Source: Yuukianura sp. NJ FZ-2021
Lineage: Eukaryota
Direction of reading: 5' to 3'
Length of the DNA: 64,000 nt
NCBI GenBank assembly: GCA_046563655.1
Contig: CM102284.1
Span: forward strand, 5,828,001-5,892,000
The notes beneath the pieces were generated by a model. That model made no database searches and had not been told where the DNA came from. It saw only the letters and a list, made by a program, of their open reading frames with translations. The position numbers and the translations under genes were made by a program. Below are positions 25,305 through 39,386 of the stretch, piece by piece (position 1 is the first letter of the stretch; each line of letters opens with the position of its first letter).

Positions 25305-28300
25305 TTAGTGATAGAAGCCTTTGTTTGGAAAGTATCTGTAGGGTTGACCTTGCTGGGGCGTGGAGCCATTGGAAGCGATTGATCCAGGGGCAGGAGGTGG
25401 CGGAATCATGTGTCCCGGTAGACCACCGATTATGATCGGTCCTGGAGCAATGTTGGCATTCGCGGCTGATGAAACCGGGCGTGTGAGGCGAACAGTGTTA
25501 TTGGGCCGAATGCTGTTTGAGTACTGGGTAGATGCAATCCCAGCGTAGCTTCCAACGCCATTCGTCGAGGCGGGTTTCCCGTTGACAGCCACGGGAGGGC
25601 CAGTTGATGTTGAAAGAAGATGCTGGGGCAATGGTGGCATTCCTGATTGTTTCAATGCCCCCAACGTGGGGACTGAGAGACGATGACCAGGGTTTACTTG
25701 GAAGGGCGGCACTGGACTCTGGCGTGTAGCCGTTCCCCAGTGATTTGATGCATCACCTATTCAAAATCGACCGTCACGTGTTTTTTTGGATTGAAAAAAG
25801 ATTCCCTGCAAATTCACACTACTGAATAGGACGTACCATTCAATCTTGGAGATTCCGCAGTAGTTGTAGCCGGTGGTTGTGATGTTGCTGCCGTTGGCTT
25901 CGATAGAATTCCTTTTTGAATTGCAGTGGTTGGGGAAATTGAATCTGCGCGGCGGAGGATTCCCTGCATCCGTTCAGCCATTTCCTCTCGCTTCTTTTCG
26001 GCTGCAGTAGGTGCTGAACTCCAAGAGGGCAAAGCATCTTCAAACCCTGAAATCAAGTTTATAGATTTTGTTATTCAAAATTTTTTAACACAATTTAGCC
26101 ACACTCTTTTAAAAAAGTATAGATCAACTCACCTTTGTTTTCAGATTGCATAGTTTCTTCCACTCTTCCTTGAAAGGAAGGGCTATTGGCAGAGTCGATT
26201 GAATCCGAACCAGAGAGCGCAGTTTGTGAGTTTTCAGCCGAAGCCTGTTCGGAGTTTGGTGAACTGTCTTTCCCTCCGTCTTGCTGCTTTCGGTTTCGAT
26301 ATTCCAAAATAGACAACTGCAAAGTACAGGAATAAAAGTTAATTTAAAAAAAAATCATTCCAAACAACTAAAAAAAAACATTCCTAGTGAATCCAAACGA
26401 TTCCTCACCTTTCGTTTCAGTGGAGCTTCATTGTAATCTTGCTTGTCTTTCTGCTCCGATGATGGTGTAGGAGGAGCGTCTTCACAAAGCTCTTCCGGTT
26501 CAGCCGGGGAGGTTCGTGTAAAAGCAAGTGCAGTGCTGAAACCATACTTGTCAATACGAGAAATCCCGCTGTCGTTCTTTTCAGCAACAAGTATTGGGAT
26601 GAACGAGTTTTCCTCAGTATTTGGCAAATTGAAGCCCAAAGGCTTGGATTTGACAGGGCTCCGTTCAGTTTGATCCCATCGAGAGACGTAACTTTGTCTT
26701 CGTGGTGATGATTGACTTTGACTCTGATCGGGGTCTTCCGGAGTTGTGGCTCTGTACGAATGTTCCTGAGCCATCAAATTCTTTTCTGGAGAATGATCAA
26801 TTCTTACTCCTGTTGCAGTGTTTGAGTTGATATTGGTGGCATTATCTTCAGGTTCGTCATCTGAAATGTCGTCAAACGACATGTATCCAACTGCCTTCAC
26901 TTCTGGATTAGGAGTTGCAAGCCCAAGAATTAGTCCTGCCTGTTGGGGAATATCATAGTTCCTGGCTGGTGGAAGTGGATTACTCGCCATCTTCTGAGTG
27001 AGCTCCAGCATTTGTGATTGAAGGGAGACCAAGTCGCTGAGTTGTTGATCGACAGAGTCTCGCTCATCATAATCTTGATCCATTCCTGTTCCATTTCCGT
27101 AGGGGTAAGTTGGTGTTGGAGTTGAAGGTGGAGTATTTGACACTTCAGATGACATTGAGGCTCTTGCGAGACGCCTCTTCTTCAGAGGAGCAGCGCATTC
27201 AACAGCAGGAGAGTTCGGTCTTGAACTGTTTGGACTGGGATGGTTCATCACCAGTGGATCCGTTTCTTCGCTTATTGCTTGTCTCAACCATCGCTTCTTT
27301 GCTGAGCCGGAATCTGTCCCCGGATTAGCTAATTGAGACACCGATGAAGGGCTCGGCTGACCAGCAGGTCCCGGGGCAGCATTCGGCATGGTATGAATGT
27401 ATGTTGGGCGCCTGATGTACTGAGAAGGAAGAATGGGCTCAGCTGAAGAATTTCCATTTCCGTAAGCGCCATAACGTGAATCAGGGCTCCAATCATTCAC
27501 CTAAAAATCAAACAAAAGTTTACATTGCATTCAATTAAAAAAAAAGGCCAGCATTCAAAAATAATTTTTGTTCGTTCATGAATCAATCTTACTTTTTTGG
27601 TTTTCGGGAACCTAAAGTTCGGTCCTCCCGCTTCTCTTCCACTCAACATGCCCAGTCGTCCACTTTCATCTCCGGAATTGACATCGGACTCTGCTGAGGT
27701 TGTGCGTAAATCACCAGTACTTCCAGAGTTTCTCTGTGACACAGGTTGTAACTTCATCGCTCCTTTTGTTGGAACTTTGCTCCGCTTTTTCCTTAAAAAT
27801 TAGTACAAAACCAAGTTCAAACATTGAATTCAATGATTGAATCATTCAAACATAAACATTGAAGTTGTTGAAACAGGGAAAATGACAAGTCTGCTTACCC
27901 TTTCCTTTTGCCTGTGTAACTCTTGAACGGAGCTCGATGTGGCTTTGGTTTGGGTTGAGCAGCTACGACTGCCACTTCCTTTGGATTTTCTTTCGACGTT
28001 TCTTCCAGAAATTCGACACTTTGTGTTGGCAAGTCGTCTTTTCGCATTGGAGGGTCCTTCTTCAAACTCGTACGATTCTCTCTTCTCTTTTGCGTATTTT
28101 CCATTTTCTGAATCAATCGCAGAACTTGTTGCAATTTCTTCTCCTCGCGAGTCTGTTTCATTCAAGAATTTTGTTTATTACCTTAACCTTGCAAACACCT
28201 TCCCAAATATATTTTTTTTAGTACAACTTACCAAAACTTTTGTTTCCTTGACAGACTCAGCCCTTTGGCTTGAAACAGCATTTGACTGCACACTTTCCGT

Positions 28301-31300
28301 GTGTGAATGTTGCTCCTGATCGTGGTCACGATTCGTCGCTGCAGACTTACGGCGTTGTCGCGTTGTAGGGTTCACAGATTCTGGTTTCTTGCGACTAATT
28401 GGCGGACTGTACTCATCGTCACTAGATGAACCAGCTGTCGTCTCCACCACAGAATGTTGCTTGGTTGCTCTGCTCAATCGCTCGCGAGTATTGCCTGAAA
28501 CAGTAAATAAATTATACTAGACACGTTTCGCAACAGTACTTTCATTGTTGCTACTGCTAAGGCTTTTCTTGTCCCTTACCTTGAGGAGCCGCTGCCGTAA
28601 TTCCACCAAGCTTGGATTGTCTAACCTCACTTTCCGTCTGCTTCTCCTCAGGTTGATGCATTGGAGCCAATGGTTCCATTTCCTGAGTTGCAGTTGACGC
28701 AGCAGCTACTGCAGCCGCGGCAGCATCTTTGTCAACTGATGATGTACGCCTGGAGCTCATTCGCCTTCTTCTGGATTTCCTAGAGTAAGAAAAAAATTCC
28801 ATGAAATAAGTTTCAAAACCAAACAGCAGATAGCGTAACAATAAAGAATTAGCTTACTCTTCTGGTTCAACTGGAGTCCCATCGAGTGTTGGCGTGGTGT
28901 TCGAACTTGAAACTCCACTTGATATCTGCGCTGTATCCAACGTCTTAGTAAGATTCGACTGTTGTGCCAAAGTTGGACTTGCCAGGGGAGTGACCTTCCG
29001 AACTTTGCAAGTTGTTGGATCTCCGCATCCACAAGGTAGAGGAGACGGAATTACTAGGGGCTGTTGATGGGCAGCTGATGTTGCAGCACACGGAATTGAA
29101 TGACACTCGTGAGGGATGGTGATTTCCTCATTTTCCTAAAACAAATTAGCCAAATATAAATTACAGATACCACAAATAACATTTTTTGGAAGTCCAGAAG
29201 TCCTTATGGAATGGATTTAACAGCACAAACGTCTAAATTAACACATTTTTACCTTGATTGGCTGCGAGCTGACGATGTAGAGATGAACAGTTCCTTTACC
29301 GACAACAACGTGACGAATTTCCGAATTGGGTGTGCACGATCGTCGTACGAATCGAGCGGAATTTCCATAAGCTCGACAGTCAATGCTGATACAAACTCCG
29401 TTGCTTGGGATTTGATAGAAAAATGCAAACGGCTCAGGATTAATCCAGTTTGGATTCCAGATTCCGCCCTTCCTCCTATAAGACAAAAAAAAAACATTCA
29501 TGAAACAGTTACAGACAATTGTGAAATTATTTATATTGAAAACTGTTCTTTTTGTGACTTACATTCTTCCAGGTTCGAATTGGGAAAGTGTCTTAAATTT
29601 CCCCATGAACTCAATAATGGCAACATTTTCGTCAATGTCGCCGGCTGAAACTAACGTCTTCATCATAAGACCTCCCTCTAGCGCAACTGAGCCAAACGTA
29701 AATTTGGGAGGCCCGTCAAGGTTCCTTTGGAAGTCAGGTACGAGGGACTCGGGTCCCAGGCCAGTACTTTTCGGTAACTTTGCTCTAAGTTCCTGGGAGT
29801 AATGCGAGGCAACGGCGTCTTCATATTTTTCAAGGTATGGAGAGTTTGTGTATGGGCAGAAGAGACCAAGAGTAGGAGATAGCGACTGGAGTCCAGGATA
29901 GCCCCATGATTGGGTGGGTTGAAGTGTCGTAGGAGAGAGAGTTGTACTAGAGAGATTATTTGGTGTGAGGCCGCCATCAGACGAAGAAGATCGCAGGTCC
30001 TTCGTGACATTTGGATTCGGTAGCTCTCCTGTTGATGATGGTCCAGCGGAGATCAATTCTGGAGGACTCAAGTGTCCGTTTGTGATGATTCGGAGTTGCT
30101 AAACCAGAAAAAGCAAAATTTTAAGGTTTGTTTGAAAAAACATTTCACATTAAAATTTAATGAAATTACCTGCTTCCTGGGTGCCTTGAGTTTACGAACT
30201 TCGCCTGTTGATGTTGTGTAAAATCCGTTACCCGTTCCATCATTCGAGTCTGCTCCAGGCGTTCCCCTGCCGCTATGAATATCCGCTTCATCTGTTGAAG
30301 CTGACACATTCGTACTTCCGCTCGTTCCTCCAGAAAATCCAGAATCCCCAGTGTTTGACTCCTGATGTAACTGCCCTCCTTGACCGTTGATATTCCAATG
30401 CAAACCAGAAGGTGCTGAGAATTCTGTTCGTGATTCCCCAATATCCCTGGCAGGATTTCCCAATTCTCGAAACCGGGCAGCCGAATTCAGATTTCTTCTT
30501 TTAGCTTTTCCTCTTCCTGCCCGTTCTCGCATCAAACTTCGATGATACTTGGCATATTTGTGTCCACGAAACGGTCTTTTGGATTTTCTTGAACGCTGGT
30601 ACACTGGAGGAGGAGATTCAATGTCGCTGTCATCGGTAAGATCTCCGTTAGGAATCGGACGAGTCTTGCGTCTGTAACTAGGGCGATGAATAGATGTTGT
30701 CTTTCTCGGGAGAGTTTGAACGGTAAGATTAAGCTGACGATCTGTCGGAGCTTTTTCATCCATTGACGTTCTTCGGAAAAACTCTTCATCAGGATCCTGG
30801 TCAAGGTCAGTCGTCCCCAAACTTCCAAGTTGTCGACTCGTATCATCAGGAAGGGCGTTTGAATTCAGTTGCATTTTTCTTGTTTGGAGAATCCGTGCTC
30901 TTGATCTTGAGACTAAACGCGGGTTACAGATTTCACAGTAGTACTTGTCAGGGATATTCGTTCTGTCAATCCCCATACAATCCACATGCTGCCAAACGAA
31001 GCATTTATCACAACAAATCATGTAACCATCGTCATATAACAAATCACAAATGCAACGAGTAACTCCTTCGTCACAAGTTGGGCGTGGCGGAGACGGAGAT
31101 GGAGATCGTGACGGGATTCGCGTAAGGGCTGGAGGACTTCGACTTCTGTCACGGAAAGAATTCAGGGCTTGAACGGCATCGTCCACTTCTTCTGCCGAAT
31201 CCGTCACTTCGTCATCCAGAAGAGAATCCGGACCATTGAATGGGCTTTCCTCATGAAGATCACGTTCGGGATAATTTTCAAATTTTTGAAAATTTTCTTC

Positions 31301-32935
31301 CTGCTCTTCAAAATCATTGTCACCAGGCATTACCAACGGTTCAATAACTGGAGAATGCTCTGCCTTTCGCCTCCTCTGCCTCGGTTTGACAAGTACTTGT
31401 TGAGCAGGTTCAAGTGAACTTTCATACCGTTGAAGGTGTTGCAGAATTGGTTTCGGCCCGCCCAGTGTTGTCTTCCTGACGTACTTTCTCTTGGGCTTTG
31501 GAACAGCATTAGCATCTGATTCAGTATTCCTTCGTTGACGCGTAGTGCTCTTGGGTAGTCCACTTGAAGCAGAATTTGGTTGGCGTGGTTTCCTTCCCTT
31601 CTTGACTTGTGGCACAGGAGCTGACTGGGTTGTCAATGGCGGGTAAGGACCTAGAAGTGTTGGAGAATGCGTTACCATGGGTACGCTGTTATTGAAGGGG
31701 GAGTTGGGACGAGGCTGCAGGTTGTAACTCGGAGTATTCGACCCGCCTGGGGATGCGAGGAAATTGTTGAGTGGGGGAATGGAAAATGGCGGTGCGTGAG
31801 AGTCCTTGAAGGCCGACGGTAATGAACTTGGCTGCTGGGCAACGTAGTTGTGATCTTGGAGCACTACACCGATTGGCACCACAGGAGACACGCTTGGTGT
31901 CTGAATGTTTGTTGGACCGACCACGATATTTGGTCGAGGAACAGGTTGTTCCATTGTTATTTGGGAATGGAGTTCGGGAAGACGAACCGAATCCGATTCA
32001 ATCCTGATTTCACACTCAGGCGCTGTTACGGCTGTCACCGCTGCTGGACTTGAGTTATTTTCAACGTCGATATCCTTTGTAGCTTCTTCAGAAACTTCTT
32101 GGGACACTTCCGGTTCTTGCACAACTTCGGTACTGCTGCTCTCCAAACTCTCAACTGCAAGTTCATTCGCAGCGTCTTGTTCCGGTTGTTGATTGTTGAC
32201 GATTGGGAGAGGTTCAGCGGAACTTTCAGTTAGTTGGCATAGAAACACAGGCGGGGGAGCAAATGTTTTTTCCTGTTGCGATGACGACGGTACGGGGCTA
32301 CTCACAGTTGTTGTTGTTGACGACGGCACTCGAATTACATTAAAAATTGTCGACAACGGCATTCCATCGCTGTTGCGTAGCAACGGCGGAAACACACGCA
32401 ACCCGTTCAGAGTAGGTAACTGCGGATTTCCAACACTCACAGTGGACCCGGATGTCGGGGTTTGGGCCGCTTTGAACTGATGTACGGACAAAGAAGTCAA
32501 TGGAAAGCGACGAAAACTGGGCGGCGGTGTTGAACTTTGGTTAGATTCTACGGAAATGAATGTTCTCGGATCTGGTTGACCTATTCGTAGAACTGGAGGA
32601 GCACCTAGAAAAAATACGAAATTAATTTTTGTAAATGTTAAATTACAATGTTGAAAACTTTGTTTATAATTTCAAGTTCACTCACTACTCGTCAGAGGAA
32701 GGCCAACTTGGAATGATGTACTACAGGGATTGGAATTGTCAGCATTTGACTGGTTTGTCTGTCCGTTCATTTCCAGAAACTTGAAACTGGGGGTACTTAA
32801 ATGTTGAAGGGAACTAGAATCTGTCGATGACGAAATCAAGTCCCCGTTTAATTTTTCTCTGTCTCGCATTCCCTGTGCTGAGTTAATTGCTGCGTTGACC
32901 GCAGAAGCAAGGTGTACCATCAGCAGTTGACTCAT
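25305..32935 (-). CDS. PHD + SET domain protein, UpSET/KMT2E(MLL5)/SETD5 family
   Basis: [93 protein letters not shown] and PLKKR motifs; multi-exon. Start codon and some internal exon edges uncertain. Confidence 0.88.
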
Positions 32936-35900
32936 GACGCTGGTCACGGTGCTGGAATCGGGAGTGTCGGGACTGATGCGTCCACTCAACGTAAATCTTG
33001 GACATTGGAAAGTTGAATAAACATCAAATAAGAATGCACAGCCACAAGGAGAAAGGGCACACAGATTCTGTTGTGCATGCTAAAACTACTATTTAAAAAA
33101 GAGGACATACACCGGGGACTACGGCTTAACTGAATAAGTCATATCGATTGGAGGGACAGAATTCACTATTTAAAAATCTAGTCCAGTGGAATTGTGTCCG
33201 TTGTCACAAGGGAAACCACACTTTTTTCCCGCACGTATTCACCACCGCCTCGCAGAACACTTTTCAGTTGAGCCAGACGAGCAGTATTACGTAAAGGATC
33301 TTTCGGGAACTTGGAGCTGTCCATTATTCCTGTCTTTTCTCCTGGTCAAACCTGAAACCAAAAATACAAATGTCAAAATCAAAGAATTTCAGTTTTTTCC
33401 CAATCTTCTCAATTTAGCCTAGAAAAACAAGAAAATCACACTAGTTCGATGTTTTCTTTTTCGATTTTAAAAATATTCATCTTTTAAAGCAATTTTAATT
33501 TTAACAAAGATCATCGTTTTTTCTCCACTTCCATATAAGTCTGCATCCAATTTTTCTTGCAGATTGGACGGTGTAAATATAAAATCATGCTCGATTTGGA
33601 GCTCACAATGTTCGAATCTTCCGCTTCTCTATTTTTATGCACACTATACATATACAGAAGCGTTTCTTACATAGTTTCATTATGGTTTAACCATTTTGAT
33701 TGGGTACTATGAAAGCGAAACTTCCACTTCCACTTATCAAAGTTCACCCACCGCACTTCTTTCAGAAGTTTAGTGGAAGTCTGCAACGCATTCTATGACT
33801 TCCCCAGTACAAATCTTCCGTGCCTGGTTCAGCTTATAGCCAACTTATAGTCAAAACCCAGCCAGCCCCAGGAGGAAGTTAGCTCACAGCTTTGCTCAAA
33901 ATTTTCCCTCGTCGATGTAAAAGTAAACCCTGCTACTTCCCTCGAAGTTTTATTTGGATTCACAGGGAAAAAATCTATTCCGTCATATAGCGTCGATGCA
34001 GAAAAACAGAGAAGAGACTCCAAGACGCAAGAGTGGTTTTAGGTTTAAGAAAAACCCCTATAAATGCCTAAACCATGTACTACATATCTTCCTGTAGTAC
34101 AAAACGAAAGCATTCAAATCTAACTTTATCTCAGGACGCTTTTATAACTTTACATGTGCGCATTTCCTAAAAAAAATACACAATCACCTAATTCCTAATG
34201 TTATAAAACCTGTCTCATCTATTGCAAAAAATGAACTAAAGTTACACCTTCGTTCCAGTTGAAATTTTCGTTTAAATTTATTGCCTACCAAGCTTATTTC
34301 GTACCTCGAAATTGCATTCAAAATTAAAAATGGCAAATAAATTGAACATACAAAAAGACTTCTCAACAAAATTTTGAAACAAAGATGAACGCCGAATATT
34401 TAGCCTAATGAGATCCGTAATAACAAAAATCCAAACTATTAACTTGAAGAGGTCGTTGAAGTTGAGTATTCCAAAAGCATTTGCTTAAAAAAACATTTCC
34501 AATCCTCTACATAACTTTATTGTTCGACTTGTTCTTTCGCTCCTTTACTACATCCCATAAAATCTTCCTTTCAACAGATTACTCATTGCAGCAGCACACC
34601 TTTGAAGCTTAAAACTAAAAGCCAACAACAAATTCCATAAATAGATTTTACGGATTCCCGTATTCTAAACAAAAGCCGAAACAAAAACATTCAAAAAGTC
34701 ATTTCAAAATTCCAGCAACTTGAAAGTTCCAACTCAAAACTTGAATAATTTACACATGTTATTAACAAGATTTTTTTTATCTCATTTACTCCAGTGAACT
34801 AGTAATAAAAACCAGATTTTGATTTTGAATTGGCACTTTTCAATCAAGCTAAAAACAAATGAACATCAGTTGATGATGGTCGATAGACACACAATACAAC
34901 TCATCAAATCAACCAACTAAACTAAAATGAAGGGGAATGAAACGCATTCGCAAGGTTATTTCAAATTAGGATGCTTTTGTGTTTTACTTAAGCAAGAGGG
35001 GTGAATGGGAGCCCCAGCACTCGAAATTTATTAAACGCAGGAGACAGGAATGAGATGGCATTGTGCTAGGTTAGGGTCGTTCGTTAGAATCAAAAGAGGC
35101 ACATGAAATTTGAATTCCTAAGAGCACAATGCCTGTCTAAAATTCTCATCCTTTCACTCTACATTTTTGACAATTCGGAATTGGCAGAATCTGTCAAGAA
35201 AATTTCATTTTTACATCCCTAGCGTCCCCAGTTCCAACTGAAATTTCAAAGTCTAGAAAGAAAAAAATATTACAATGGAGAGTCAAAAGAGGCATGTCAG
35301 AAGAACTGTTGAGTTCTCGAGGGGATATTGATTTTTTCCCATTTTGTTACTTTTCCCCCCAAAAAAGAGAAAAGTAAGAGAGGGAACTTTCTCCCTTTAT
35401 ATTACATTTACTATAACATTCACAAAATTCTGATTCATTCTCCCGGGATGGCTTCCCTATGGTTTCAATTCAAAAGGTCACCAATCAACGACACCCTGTG
35501 ATTTTGCTGCCTGTCATAAACAATCGGACATCGGGACATGACAAGTCTAGAAATCAAATTGGACGAAGTCAGAAAAATCGAAATCATATTCAAAATTTAA
35601 CGAATCACGCATTTCTAAAGAACCTGATCAAATAATGCATCAACCAAGAGATCTGTCTAACTTGCATCCTCCTCTTAACAGATCTAATTGCCTCCTTCAC
35701 TTGACCTTGACTTTCTGAAAACTCGTACTACACCGAATTCCAAATTCCAAATTCGCCCAGTGAATTTCTAAGCTTGACCAATGATCTGTAAAATATATGT
35801 AGTAAAATGCTGCCTACGAATTTAACGATAAACAATGACATCCAAGTCCCCTTGACTATGCTGAATACCAGGGCGGTGTTCGATCACTCTAACGCCGTTG

Positions 35901-38051
35901 CTTTGTAGTAACATACAAAATGTCAGCGGTAATACCTATCTACTGAACCACTTTTCCAACGAATCTGTGTAAATCACAAATGTACAATTAGACAAAGAAT
36001 TTCGCTCCGCAGATAGATATTAAATTAACAGATGAGTCGCTACACTGACTCTAAACTTTTAACAGATCACAATGTACTCTCCCTGTCCCTACTAAACTTC
36101 CTGCTTCCTTTGTTCTCTTTCAATTTATCTTTAAACTGAAACAGACAAACAGTCTAGCTATTATCTTTCCAACAATCTCAAACAAAGAGATGCTGAATTG
36201 ATAAACTCCGGAATTTCAATTTAGATTCCCTTCGCCAATCTCAAATTCATGGCGAAAGATTCTCGAATTTAAAAAAAATCCAAAGTCGAAAATCTCCGGA
36301 ATGTTCGGCTCCAGTGTAGTAGCTACCAAATCGTTATTCGTTACCAAATCGTTACCTTTGACTTCAAACTATGATGCTAATGCTAAGGTACTTCACCGAA
36401 CACCAGTCTGTCAAAGTTCACAAGGATCCCTGTCCTTTGTTTTCGTTCAAGATGACCCTAACACAAGTTCCATGGCAACCAAAATGTAACGTTACTATCC
36501 CGCACTCGCTAAGTGCTAAAATACGGTTGACAACAAAAATTAATTGATACGTACCTTGTAATCTTGGATTTTGTGATGGAAATTATGTTGCTGTTCCGCA
36601 TCTTCTTCTTTTCAAAAATGTTTGTTCAGAAGATGAGAATTTTTGAGAAAGAATTAACCATCTCTCTAAACTTGCTTCTGTGGTTGGTTCAATTCTTGTG
36701 TGTGGTTAATTTCGCCTCAAGGCATAGACTTAAAAATTCTCCTGTAAGTATGTGGGGGTCTTCCGTCTATGGTGGTATATCGTCACACTCTCCATCGATA
36801 AGAAGTATGCGCCGCAATACAGAATTTAACTGCCAATCTTCCGAAATCTCACTAAAAACACAAGAAAACACAAAAATTATTAAGAATTTATACTCACTCC
36901 TTAATTTTTTCACCATAATCAGAATGACAATGGTACGATTCGACGCCATTGTTTCAAATACATTGTTTCTAACGAAGAAGTTTCTAAAAATTACTTCTAA
37001 CAAACCTATCCCTTAACACTATTCTATTACAAACAAATTTTTTAGAAGCAATTCTCCTTTAGAAGAAATTGAAATTCATTCTAGAACCAATGGCATGGCC
37101 TGCTTCCAATGGTACATTTGTCTTGAATACTTGAATTATTTAGTATTTTCTAAGTTACGTTATCTCAGCGGTGCAAAACTCTGTCATAGTATAGCTCTCA
37201 AATGTGGTGGGTGGATGGGTGGTGGGAGGGTGACGCCAAGAGGAGTCTCCTATGAAAAACAACATGGTTGATTCCGAATACTTTTTCGTGTACTTTCGAT
37301 TTCAACCACTTTGCGCCGGCGCCACCATCGGCAGCACCCTCCTTCCTCCCCTTCCTTTCACTTTTTTTTCAATCAAATTAAACAAATTACGCAACTCGTC
37401 AAAGGGGGGCTACGAAGGTATGCGTGTATAGCTACAGTAAGGAGCTTTCCGGCCCTAAACCCCCCTTATCAGTAGTGTTAAGGGCGCTTTAGGAGGTGGT
37501 AAGTGCTTTTGGGTGTAGTGCAAAACCACTTACCGTGAGTGGACCACCCACACGTCTATATTACGCTCCAAACTTTTTAGAGGGCATTATATATCGGTTT
37601 AGGGTATAAATGATATAACTGCGGAGCATACTTACGTATTGTGGTTTCTCCGGAATAGCGTTTCATCCCTCCATGGCTCCCTAGTCAGTCACCCTAATCA
37701 GCACGATTTGTTTGAAGTTTAGTAGGGACAAATTATCTGAAAACTAAAAAGTTAAATTGAACCTTGTTTAAGCTCAGCTCAGCTGTCAATTTTAACAATC
37801 TGAAAAATATTTTTTTTAAAAACCTTGGCAAATATCAAGCCGTGAGCTTATTTAGAGGCCTAGTGGACGGACATCTCGGAGTCGGAGTCAGTTGAACTTC
37901 AACCGGTGAAGACGCCGAGCGCAGTACTTCTTGAATGCTTCTGGAACGATTTGTGATGTCGTCGAGGAACAGCTGATGTCGCTTGTCGGTTTAATGAAGG
38001 ACTGGAACGTTGAGGCGTACTAAAATAAGGAACAAAACGTTTAAATTCAAA

Positions 38052-38394
38052 ATGATACAAGAAAATATAGTTGACATGTTGATACGTTACGGACTGTTCA
38101 TCGGAGCCATTTTCCAACTCGTTTGTATTGGGGCTGTCATTCTAATGCCAGATTCAAAGTCCGATTACTTCCAGGTTACAGCAAAAGCTAATATTACTAA
38201 ATCTGAAAAGAAAAATGTTAAATCAAAGTTTAATTTCCTTTCTCCTTCTCCAGGAAAACGAATCATGGAGCGACGATGAATGTGCTGGAGTCGGCGGTGG
38301 TTCAGATTCTGGCGGAAGTCCAGCACACAGTACATCTCCGAATCATAGCAGGGGAGGTGTCAAGGTCAAAAGAGACAAGAAGAAACGACGATGA
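38052..38394 (+). CDS. MANBAL-like (UPF0239) small membrane protein
   Basis: Exon 38052-38174 with LIRYGLFIGAIFQLVCIGAVIL, exon 38254-38394 ending in basic KRDKKKRR; matches the UPF0239 pattern. Confidence 0.85.
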
Positions 38395-39386
38395 TCATCT
38401 CAGTCCTGGTCCTACTAGGCAAAAACATCACAAAATCAGACAAAGATCTCAAACTTGAAGCAGCAGTATTTGTATAATTTTACAAGTCGCGATGGCGAAA
38501 ACTCTGGAATACTTGGAAACATTCTTGATTTGAATAAGAATAGAAACCAATAAAACGGTGTTCGTCATCCACCCAGAACCTTTATTCCGAACAAGAATCA
38601 GTTTATGGTACAGAGCCATGTCATGAGAGTTTTAAACCGATAGTAAGCTGTATAATGCCTGGTTCTTTCAACATGTAAATCTTATGAAACGGGAAGAGGA
38701 ATTACAATTACTTCCTTTAGGAGACAGATTGTATCTGCTTTTAACATTTTCAAAGTTCACCAAGTGAACTTATAAGCATAAGAGCCATTCTAAAGCGCTC
38801 AGAGCGCTAAAACTGTATTAATTATTTGATTCTGCATGATCTAGTTATATCAATTCAATTTAAATAAGACAAAGCTAACCTCACTACTACTGAACATTGG
38901 CTCTACTGCATTTCGTTTTGTCAAGCAACTGTAATATTGTAATTTTTAAGTTACAACGGATACTAAAACAAGGGATTTACGTTTATCCGTAAAACACTGT
39001 CCAAATTCAACTTTGCTTTTCATGATTTTCAATTCAAGGGATATTTGAAATGTACATTTTTAGAATTCAACGTGTGATACATAATTGAATGATAATTTAA
39101 CTTGATTTGAAGGAAAAAATGGATGCTTTTTCTTTGATTTTTCTAACAAATTTATAACAAAAACTAAAGAGATGGGATTTCTGAATGGAGAGCAGCACTC
39201 CTGAATAAACTTTCGGACTTTTATATGTGCAATTAACTTTACAGGGAACAAGGAAAAGAGAATTTCTTCACTTACTAAACATCCTGACGGTTGAGAAAGG
39301 ACAAAGGTTAGGTTTGACCTCGACATTTTTAAAGACGACATCGACAGTATATTAGCAAGACTAGATGATTCAAGCGGCTGATCTCT

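Noticed and set aside
33000-37100. Short ORFs upstream of UpSET, and similar ones across 44-58 kb
   Set aside because: Low-complexity F/K/L-rich translations of AT-rich intron/UTR DNA with no motifs; splice signals near 33351 and 36553 suggest non-coding leader exons.
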